Origin: Euprymna scolopes
Lineage: Eukaryota
Reading direction: 5' to 3' (one strand)
Length of the DNA stretch: 64,000 nt
Assembly (NCBI GenBank): GCA_053919585.1
Contig: CM132787.1
Part shown: positions 53,486 to 64,000 of the stretch, piece after piece
Layout of the letters: each line of letters begins with the position of its first letter
Position numbering within the stretch: position 1 is the first letter of the stretch
Translations under genes and position numbers: made by a program
The notes under the pieces: generated by a model
What the model was told of the DNA's origin: nothing
The model's database searches: none
What the model saw: the letters and a program-made list of their open reading frames with translations, nothing else

Positions 53486-53686
53486 ACTAAACTGATGATG
53501 ATTGCAGGATCAGTCGTAAATATCTATTTGTATAAAAGGTTTTTAATGTTTTTCATAATAATATTTTGTATTCCTGCACGTCAGCAATAGAAAGCGAATA
53601 AAGAAAAATAATAAGCTTTTATAACTTGCGTATTCTTTTTATTTTATACATTTTAATACACCCCCCACACAAACACCCCCACCCCC

Positions 53687-53765
<79 letters not shown>

Positions 53766-54208
53766 TGTTATTGTGTGTCTATGTGTGCGTATGTGTGTGA
53801 TCAATCTAGTGCCAATCTTTTTTCCAAAATGACTTAGTCCTCTCTCTTTATATCTCCCCATAAAATATAGTTTCTATCTTTCCCACTGTCCCTCATGCCC
53901 ATTTAACCACTTCAGCCATCAATCAGAATCCGTTTTGTTTCATTTTGCCTATACGATCGCTTTTTTCGGTGCTAGGATCCGTCCGTTAAATAGGAGTCCA
54001 TTGAGCAAACGGATACCAGTTCATTATGCCGTTCTTAGGAAACGACTTGGGGTGCTATGTATGTGCACGCGCTGCTTTATCACTCGATAAAATCTTCAAG
54101 TATATCAGTGAGCAAAATAATTATTTATGTGCAATGGTCTAATCTAAAGGGATGCATATTCTAAGACGCCATAGAAATTCGATATTCATTAGTGTATGAA
54201 GCTTGATA

Positions 54209-54260
<52 letters not shown>

Positions 54261-54327
54261 TAGATATAGATATAGATATAGATATATAGATATATAGATA
54301 TATGCTCACACATATCTATTTGTATAC

Positions 54328-54367
<40 letters not shown>

Positions 54368-54774
54368 TTATATTTGTATATATTTACATTATATATATGC
54401 CTACATTTATATGTATGCTTATAAACAGATTTGTATATAGATACACAAATACATATATATACATACATATATATATATATATATAGTGTATGTATATATA
54501 TATGTGTGTGTGTGTGTGTGATTGTGTGTGTGTTGGTGTGTGTGAGAGAGAGAGATGAACAGGGAATATGTATGGAGGTGTGTGAACTGGTGTGTACGTA
54601 ATAAATGGTTTAATATCTACTTCGTCTGAACCTAGTAATTCTTATTCGTTCCTGTCCGGTTATTTTTTATTAATGCGTATATTCTTATTCTAATTTCTTG
54701 GTTTTCCTTCTCTTTCTCCTCCTCGCAATTGTAATCATCATGAGTTTTAGTAAGCTAAGTATGATTATATATAT

Positions 54775-55085
54775 AGTAATTTATAAAATATATATGGCGA
54801 CTAAGCTACACTGAATATTCCGCGTTTCATCCACTCTAGGACTCTTCAGGCTTATGCGCGAATTGTGTGGTTCTTTGTCCTTTTTATTTGCTAATCTTCT
54901 ATTGAGATGTTAGTTAGCCAATCAGCTTTATAGTATCAACCGCGGCCTTCCTATCAGCCTATTGGAATGCATTTATCGGACAAAGAACTATTTGACCTCT
55001 GGTTGACATGTTCCTTTGTGTGTGCTCTATTTATTTTCTTCATCTGTTTTAAAACCAGGTTAGTGTTTTTTAATTTTTTTAATGT

Positions 55086-55134
<49 letters not shown>

Positions 55135-55965
55135 TACACACATATATGCCCATATATATATACATATATATATAGATACAGACATATATGTGTGATCGTT
55201 TATGTATATTCATGTTTATATAATTTATTTATTTGTTTATTTTCTATTGTTTTTGTTTGTTTTAAAACAATTTTCTATCGCTATCCTAGAGTAAATTATA
55301 TCTTATGAACACAGTTGTTTGCTATTTCTCTTCCACCGTTTAATAGATGTTGGCGTTCTTTAAAGTACAGGATAGCAAATATTTCATGAAGGCATAATCC
55401 ATATTGGTCGTCTAGGTCCCTACACGTGGTAGATTGTCTTATTATTTTCCATTCGACTACCGGCGAATGTCCGCTTTCTTTGAGTTCCCAGTATTTATTC
55501 GCTAGGGTTGTTTTCATACAGTGTTTTGTATTGTTGAGTACATTCAACAATAAAAAAAAACACCGTATGAAAACAACACTAGCGAATAAATACTGGGAAC
55601 TCAAAGAAAGCGGACATTCGCCGGTAGTCGAATGGAAAATAATAAGACAAGCTACCAGGTGCAGACATTTAGATGACCCATGTAAATTATGCGTCCATTA
55701 AAAATTTGCTATCCTGTACTTTAAAGAACCCCAAAATCTATTAAACTGTAGACGAGAAATAGCAAACAATTGTGTTCACAAAATAAAACTTACTCTAGGA
55801 TAGCAATACAAAATAGCTTTTAAAACTAACAAAAACAATAGAAAACAAACAAATAAATAAATTAAATAAACATGAATATACATAAACGACCACACACACA
55901 CACATATATACATATATGTGTGTGTGTATATATATGTAGGTATGTGTGCATGTATGTGTGTACAC

Positions 55966-56040
<75 letters not shown>

Positions 56041-56672
56041 AAGAGCAGAAATGCGGAAAATCGTCTGCCTTAAACCACTAACCTAGATCCTTTGTTCGAT
56101 ACAATGCATGCGTATTGGTTGATAGGAAGGGGCGCGGTGGATACTAGAAAGCTGATTGGCTAATAAAAATCTTCAACATATATATAAAAACAAGAAACAA
56201 CCACAGAATTCGTGAATGGAAAATAATAAGACAATCTACCACGTGTAGGGACCTAGACGACCCATGTAGATTATGCCTTCATCAAAAATTTGCTATCCTG
56301 TATTTACTCCAAAGTGTTCAATACGTAGGGGGAGCTACTTTGTAATTTATAAAATATATTTGGCGATTAAGCTACACTGAATATTCCGCGTTTAATCCAC
56401 TCAAGGATTTTGCAGGCTTATGCGCGAATTTTGTGGTTGACTGTCGTTTTTATATACGTAAGTTCTATTGAGATTTTAGTTAGCCAATCAGCTTTCTAGT
56501 ATCCACCGGGCCAATGAATATGCACTTACAGGACAAAGGTCCATTTGACCTCTGGTTGACCTGATTCTTTGTGTGTTCTATTTAGCCAGGATATATAGTG
56601 CCTTGACCGGTTTTAAATCTAGGTTAGTTTTTGTTTTATTTTGTATTTTTTATATTTATTTATATGTTAGTT

Positions 56673-56714
<42 letters not shown>

Positions 56715-57735
56715 CATATATATATATGCTTGTTTATGTTTATGCATGTTTAATTATTTTATTTATTTATTTGTTTATTTTTTATTGTTTTTGTTAGTTT
56801 CAAAGTTGTTTTGTATCTCTATCCTAGAGTAAATTTTTATCATGTGGACACAGTTGTTCGCTATTTCTCCTCTACAGATTAATAGATGTTGGGGTTCTTT
56901 TAAGTACAGGAGTGCAAATTTTTCATGAAGGTATAATCTCCATGGGTCGTCTTGGTCTCTACAGGTGTATGGTTGTCTTACTATTTTCCATTCGTCTACT
57001 GACGAACGGCCGTTTCCTTTAGTTCCCAGTATTTATTTGCTAGCTTTGTTTTCGTACGATGTTTGTTTTATTATTGAATGCACCTTTTGTATCAAATATA
57101 AACAAGAAAACAACAATAACTATAATACAATTATCTGTTTCGTAGTTGAGTTATTGCTGAGTCTACTTACGATCGAGTTAGGAATCTGTTTTATAATTCA
57201 TGATGGGTGATTACACTTAGGGTTTATGTATATTGGAGTAGCGTTGTCTTTTAAGAAGGGTTCATATGTGTTTTTTCTAAATTTAACGGGGCTTCGAGGA
57301 AGATTGTTATTTTTATGTTAGCTAATATTTTTATTTGTATGTTCGCTAATAGTGGATACAAAAATATTGATATCAAATATAAGCTACAAAACACCAATAA
57401 CTATAATAAAATTAAAAATAGAAGAAAAATAAATATAATCCGGTATACAGCCCCATACAATCAAATGTTAAACACGAAACTTATTCAAAATTTTCTAGAT
57501 CTTATAAAAAAAAAACCCTTTCCCGCAACCAACACCTTACACAAAATTTTCAATACAAATATCCTAAAGTTATCCCACAGCTACTTCAAAAATTAAGAGT
57601 TGATAATTAAAGCCCATAATAACAAAATATTAAATAAAATCGATGTAAACAAAAAAAAAAAATGAACAATAAAAAAGTAGACACCATGACAAAAATAAAA
57701 CTAACACAAAAGACACATATATAACGAGGATAAAT

Positions 57736-57786
<51 letters not shown>

Positions 57787-58320
57787 TATAAACGGAATCC
57801 GGAAAAAAAACAACCATACTAGAAATAAAAATAAAAATACTAATAACGAACAAGATAAATGCAACTGTAGATACCGCACATTTTGCCCACTTCAAAATTA
57901 ATGTCTAACCAAAAGCATAGTTTACCGGGTAACAATTTTCGCGAAGGAAACCCAGAATAACAAGAAATATTACGTAGGTTTGGCTTCCTTAGATTTCAAA
58001 ACTCGATATTATGACCACAAAAGTACATACAACAATAAAAAAAACACCGTATGAAAACAAAGCTAGCAAATAAATACTGGGAACTCAAGGAAAGCGGCCA
58101 GTAGTCGAATGGAAAATAGTAAGAACACCTGTAGAGACCTAGACGAGCAATGTGGATTATTCCTTCATGAAAAATTTGCTATCCTGTACGATACAGAACC
58201 CCAACATCTAGTAAACTGTAGAAGAGAAATAGCAAACAACTGTGTTCACAGGAAAAATTTACTCTAGGATAGAGATACAAAATAACTTTAACGCTAACAA
58301 AAAGAACAGAAAATAAACAT
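54775..58320. mobile_element. Mosaic of alternately oriented Naiad-type Penelope 3' fragments (GIY-YIG + pLTR)
   Basis: YTAPYN..HKIFNTNILKLSHS; CNCRYRTFCPLQN*CLTKSIVY..YYVGLASLDFKTRYYDHK; TTLANKYWELKESGHSPVVEWKII..CKLC. The last block occurs on both strands in at least four copies. Inversion centres lie near 55538 and ~57320. Confidence 0.85.
54802..54854 (-). ncRNA. Type I hammerhead ribozyme (intact copy in pLTR)
   Basis: Minus strand reads TAAGC-CTGAAGA-GTCC-TAGAGT-GGAT-GAAA-CGCGGAATATTCAGT-GTA-GCTTA. Confidence 0.85.
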
Positions 58321-58321
58321 T

Positions 58322-58724
58322 GCGAGCGTTTCCTTGTTTTATCGTTATTTCCATAGCAGGGGCTCATCTGAACTCCAATCTCTGGTTCCCCCTCGCCAAT
58401 CTTTCACGAAAAACACCGGTCTAGCTGAATCCACTATGAAAAATTTCCCCCACTCTATATCTGTATCTAAATCAAAACGCGGATTCCATGGACAAAGCTT
58501 CTTTCTTAGAACTGCACGCCTGTGGAACTCTGTTCCGTCTGCCTGCTTCCCACCGGACTACAACTTGGATGTCTTCAAGTCCAATGTTAAGAAATTCCTA
58601 ATGAACCGCACCCTCTAGTAAAAACTTCATCAAATCTCCACACTAACGTAATGTGCTTACAATAATCCTTATCCCTGAGTGGCATCCGGGCCTTCATTAG
58701 TGGTGATCACTGTGTAAAAAAAAA
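58322..58724 (+). mobile_element. LINE (CR1/Jockey group) 3' end: ORF2 C-terminus, 3' UTR and A-tail
   Basis: ORF 58334-58618 reads FYRYFHSRGSSEL..SFFLRTARLWNSVPSACFPPDYNLDVFKSNVKKFL, followed by a UTR ending in an A run at ~58716-58724. Confidence 0.88.
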
Positions 58725-59079
58725 CCCAAAAGACAGTGAAATCTGAAACAGCTTGATTTAGCAGTATAAGTATGCTGTTTAATTATACCTTCTATTACAT
58801 ATACACAAAATATAAAAAAATAAAAAAAAATATACCCTCAATTCGCTTATTTTAAACATTTCGTATTCCTTTGTCGGTGGATCAGACGAAACGACGCGGA
58901 TGGATTAATAACAAGTAAGGCTGGAGCGTAAAATTGCTTTGGTTTCAATTCAAGCGAAATTGAACAAAATTATATTTTAGTAATTTTTTTAATTATTAAT
59001 ATATATTAGGTAATCAATGAAGAATTCGCACGATAACAATAAAGAAGAAATATGAATAGATTTGAATATAATATTAATA

Positions 59080-59112
59080 ATATACGCCCGGACAACATCG
59101 GCGCCCGGCTAG
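59080..59112 (+). mobile_element. Helitron-type 3' end
   Basis: CCCGGACAACATCGGCGCCCGG-CTAG-T, similar to the ends in the 41-42 kb array. Confidence 0.5.
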
Positions 59113-59824
59113 TGGACATTGAAATTAAATCTATAATATAAAATGTTATATATGTATATATAGNNNNNNNNNNNNNNNNNNNNNNNNNNNNNNNNNNNNN
59201 NNNNNNNNNNNNNNNNNNNNNNNNNNNNNNNNNNNNNNNNNNNNNNNNNNNNNNNNNNNNNNNNNNNNNNNNNNNNNNNNNNNNNNNNNNNNNNNNNNNN
59301 NNNNNNNNNNNNNNNNNTCTGCCATTGATAATAATAGCTTACACTGTTTATTTAAATATTAAAACTAACCTCTTCATTTTCTACGGTTTTACCTAAGCTA
59401 ACGCTTATTATTTTACTATTACGATGTAACCTGTTCATACATATTTTCTACATTCTGCTTAATTGTGTAGAATTAAAGATGAAACCTTTCCAGCACACTG
59501 TGTCTCTCTGTGTCTCTCTGTGCTTCCCGGTGTCTCTCTTACTCTCTTTCTATNNNNNNNNNNNNNNNNNNNNNNNNNNNNNNNNNNNNNNNNNNNNNNN
59601 NNNNNNNNNNNNNNNNNNNNNNNNNNNNNNNNNNNNNNNNNNNNNNNNNNNNNNNNNNNNNNNNNNNNNNNNNNNNNNNNNNNNNNNNAAGAGAAAGTTC
59701 AATTCCACAAAGAGACTTGTCTTAATAATGCCGAGCTCAACAATAATTATTAGAGCTTATACAATAGGACAACAAGAGTATGAAATGAAGACACAAAACT
59801 ATATAATGGTAGATATGTATAAAC

Positions 59825-59859
<35 letters not shown>

Positions 59860-60132
59860 AATATATGGGTATTTATTATAAAATAATTACGTATGTTCAT
59901 ACACGTTTCAATGGAATTTCAATTAAAGAATAACACCAAATTAAACCAAAATAATTGGTCTTATTTGGTTTTATCCTTGAATTACGATCTCACTGAAACT
60001 TGTATGCACATATGTAACCAATAATGTGTGTATAATATATAGACTATATACCAGCTGTGTCCTGCCTCTGCACTCGATAGGAATCACGTAAGTTTCATTG
60101 AAATTGAATCTAGTAAACCAATCAATAGAATC

Positions 60133-60176
<44 letters not shown>

Positions 60177-61877
60177 GACAACAATAAAGCCGCATCTTCC
60201 CCATGCTACCTAGCACCTTTTCTACTCTTCTGATTAGAAGCATTAGGCTTCGAAATGCCCTGGCATAAAGAGTGCCTTCTACCCTCAATTTTTTTCCTGT
60301 ATTCCATTATTAAATAAATGATCCATTCTATATCTACCAATATATAGTTTTGTGTTTCATTTCATACTTTTGTTGTCCTAATGTATAAACTCCAATAATT
60401 ATTGTTGAGCTTGCAATTATTCAGAGAAGTCTCCTTTGCAGAATTGAACTTTCTNNNNNNNNNNNNNNNNNNNNNNNNNNNNNNNNNNNNNNNNNNNNNN
60501 NNNNNNNNNNNNNNNNNNNNNNNNNNNNNNNNNNNNNNNNNNNNNNNNNNNNNNNNNNNNNNNNNNNNNNNNNNNNNNNNNNGTAAACATATCTACTCAG
60601 GCATACAAAATTATATAGAGATTGGAACCTAGCCTTCGAAATTCAACTGGAAATACGCTTCTATGAAAGCCCAATGAAACATTTATATTTTTCCAATGTT
60701 ATATTTATTTATTCTAATAACACAGTACAGATGGCAAGGCCTAATGGAGATGATTCTAGCGAATAATACATTAGTCATATTATTTTAAATACGTTGTAAT
60801 TATTGCGTATAATACAACTTTTAGTAAGGAAATTACTCCATAATACGACCCGGGAACGTTTTGCGGTCTGCGAATATTTTATAGAATTAAATGTGCATAA
60901 ACATATAAAACGTACTTTCTTAATTATTCCTTTTGGAATATAGTTCTCATCAGGGGGGATTTTACAAAAAAAAAATGAGCTTAACGTACAAGTTAAACTT
61001 ACAATGTAACATATTTAGGTAAAGATCACTTCGAAAACATCTTGGTCGCTCGTGGCCTAAGATTATTAATAAATATGACTTGGATAATTGAATATTCTAT
61101 TTATTGTTTGGACTGTCGATTTCATATTTTATATGTTTTTTTTTGTTTTTTTTTATAAAGAGTGATATTGTTCTTGGTTTATTCACTGTGTCTGACTGTG
61201 TTGGATATAAACTGTAAACTTCGAACAATGAAAAAAATATTCTGCTCTCCTAGCCTCACTAATTCAAAATGACGGGTTAATCCCCTAGACGATGATTTTC
61301 TTTACTTAGGAACGCTGCGTAAAAAAAATGTGCTGCTGGCATCCTATCAGTCACAATTGCTTTGTCACACGAAATAAAAAATGAATTTTAGTGAACCATT
61401 TCGGACACACTTTACAAATAATAACAATTAACTCTCAAATAATAGATAAAGGATGAAAATAAATGTCCTAATAAGATGCATGGACACTCTGTCAGTTATT
61501 TCACGAAATAGATGCAATAAACCCAGTATCTCAAGTGAAAATATATACTGCATCACTGGATTGTGTCCCATTTGATTGGCAACTCGTGAAGATTAACAAA
61601 ATAGTGTACTGTTGCTATGCTTTTGTATCATAACGGAAATCTTATAACCGTGTTAAAATAATGAGGAAAATAGAAGCTGGAAAGTTTCATTTATGACGTG
61701 CACAACTGCATGGTTAAACGTCAATTTAATTCATTAGGGAAAGTTGAAAACGTATCGTTCTAAAATGCCAGCGACTGTCTTCTCGGTTTTTCCACAGCTG
61801 AGAAAGCGTCAGCAGTTTTACTGCTTTATCTGTCTTTGATCATTATTATCTGTGGTTAGAAGCTAAGAAAAAAACAA

Positions 61878-62010
61878 GTCTTACCGTAGGTGCTCAACCG
61901 GTGAGTTCGGCCGAGAAAAGGAAAAACAAAGATGGCGGCCGGCATTTTATTGCATGCGTTCTCGAATAATTTCGTGTGCGCGTGAAGATGGAAACTACAA
62001 AATGAGCTTC
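61878..62010 (-). promoter_or_regulatory. Candidate housekeeping-type promoter / short first exon
   Basis: Non-repetitive, CpG-richer patch with a YY1-like AAGATGGCGGC (~61929-61939). On minus this is followed by the pyrimidine tract CTTTGTTTTTCCTTTTCTC and a donor-like CG|GTAAG at ~61885. Confidence 0.35.
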
Positions 62011-64000
62011 ATTTCTTCGGCAGTACATAGACTGAACTTATACTCCTTTTTTTGTGTATAAGAAGTGACCTCCCCATTTCAGAGGTCCACCTGTTCTGAG
62101 ACTGCTTTATTCTTAATTACCTATAAAGGCCGTCGTAAATAATAACACTTACAGCTGTTCTAATGTGTTAATGAGTAAACGAAGACCGATGGGTTCCCAG
62201 CTAAATGAGTAAATTAGAAAATGAATGCTGTCTTCGAAACAACGTCCTCTTTCAGTGTCAAAGATTACGAGAGTTTTTAACTCATTTGAGGATCGCTAAA
62301 TTATTAACATGCGTAAACTGAACTAATAACTTAAGCCTGACGTACATCAAACGGGAGTCAAATATTTGTCAGTTCATATATATTTTGTAAAAAAAAAAAC
62401 TAGCATAAACAAACGGTATTACACACATGTATGTTTAAAAATGCAACCACATATTGATAAATATGTAGCATGAAAACACGGTATTGTATGAGATTAAATA
62501 AGGATCACCAAATGTTTAAATAACCAATTATTGCAAACAGAATCAGTGGAATCAATCATTTTATAATTAAGATCGATTACGTGATATTGGCGGGGACTCA
62601 TTGTAGATCACCAAGAGGAAGATTCACATTAATCCTCTCAGTGCTCTTGTTCACAATAACTTTTAGTATCAAGTACACTGTAGATTACTTGCTGTTAATT
62701 TTCTAAAATCATTTCATATAATGCCTATAATTTAATTTATAGTAAAGTATAATTGGTTCTATTATGCGCTAATGAAAAGCAATGCCCTCGAACGCTCCCC
62801 TGTCTTATCTAGATACGTACCATCGATTCCATAGGTGATAAAACTTCTTAAATGAATTTGTAAAGTTGGGCTGTATAAAGGTTGTGTTTTGGTTAAAATT
62901 GAAAAGTTTCCCTTCAATGAGACTTTTTTGATTATCAGTATATTTTACTACTTGGGGTAAGATACCTATCGAAGAACACCGCCAGGCATATAAAGTAAAT
63001 TTCTGTGAAATTGCTACATCAGTTTTAGAGTCAAAAGCGACTGAACACACACATACACATAATAAAAGTACCTTTTAAATACATACTAAGCATAGAAACT
63101 GTAATATTAAGCAGTACAGCTTTATTGACGCTAACTGCTTGAAAATGCCGATAATCTATTTTTAAAAAATTGGTCCGCGATCTCTTTAAAAATAAGAAGG
63201 GTTTAAATTTCCAATAGATATTTGTAAACTACTAAACTGATTGAAAAAAAACAAAGGAGTATCCTTAGGCATCTGAAGCATCGTAATCAGAAATGTTTTT
63301 TTTAATGAATAACATGCATTTAAAACCATACTATGACGTGCATTAAAGTAATTAAACATTGAAAAAGAATAAATAAAATGGTCTTTCAAGGGACAATCTG
63401 CCACATATGCAAAGAAGTTATTCAGTTAATGGAAAGAAAAGAAGAACGATTAACTATCCAACCAGAATTGTCCAAAACAAATAGTTTTAGCTGTAAGAAG
63501 CGTCTCGTATATAGTTTAAAAATGTAGTGCATTAAAACATAATAACCCGAATAGATGAAAGCAGGGACTGTTACGAAATTGTTGTCCTTTTAGAAACATG
63601 TTGGTATGTAAATCTTTTGTAGTACACTTAATTATAGGACGAAACTTCCCCAGATATCTATAAGAGTTGTTATGTTAGAACAACCTGCTTACCCTGAAAA
63701 AGTGTAAAACGTATTTAAATCGAGCGAGACGAACGCATATTTTTCGCAAAATCGAAATACAATTTAGTTTAAATCGTGAGTAAGCACATATACGAGTGCA
63801 GTTTTTAAATGTACATGAATGCTTCGCTATAAAATAGTTGAAAATCACTTTATGTCTTTATAAGAATATCTCCTTTGGATCTCTTTGCCCCTTTCTCTCA
63901 ATCTCTCTCCACACACATACAAACACACACACACACACACACATATATATACATATATATGTATATGTGTGTGTGTTTGTGTGTGTGTTTGTGTGTGTGT

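Noticed and set aside
57850-58200. Selenocysteine recoding, which is reported for some Naiad PLEs
   Set aside because: The conserved Cys codons in CNC..CP..C and CxLC are TGC/TGT. The in-frame stop is TAA at a non-Cys position, so it is ordinary decay.
59164-60582. N runs as masked exons (one is preceded by AG, another followed by GT)
   Set aside because: The splice signals are not consistent across runs, so these are most simply assembly gaps. Their content cannot be assessed.
61780-61850. Intronic box C/D snoRNA downstream of the candidate first exon
   Set aside because: The box C match is poor (ATGATCA) and there is no terminal stem or recognisable guide.

Overview
This is AT-rich, microsatellite-dense eukaryotic DNA, probably from an invertebrate animal, interrupted by many N gaps. 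I cannot support any intact host protein-coding gene, and most listed ORFs are (TA)n/(CA)n artefacts. The window is almost entirely nested, decayed transposable elements. DNA elements: a 5 kb Tip100/ZMYM1-type hAT with TIRs and an 8-bp TSD, a hATm relic, hAT and Tc1-type MITEs, a maT/DD37D-like Tc1/mariner remnant and tandem non-autonomous Helitrons. Retroelements: RTE and CR1/Jockey-group LINE fragments and a 5S-derived SINE. The dominant feature is an unusually rich set of Penelope-like elements (PLEs) from several lineages: N-terminal GIY-YIG Hydra-type, Naiad-type and classical C-terminal EN type. Their termini carry hammerhead ribozyme (HHR) motifs and are often folded back into inverted repeats. 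The most interesting observations are three. (i) A structurally complete type I HHR with a palindromic stem III occurs in several copies. (ii) One derivative is truncated essentially at that HHR's predicted cleavage site. (iii) A tRNA-headed, HHR-bearing SINE/retrozyme shows a Penelope-style inverted terminus. A possible housekeeping-type promoter lies near 61.9 kb. All family assignments come from motif recognition by eye, not database searches.
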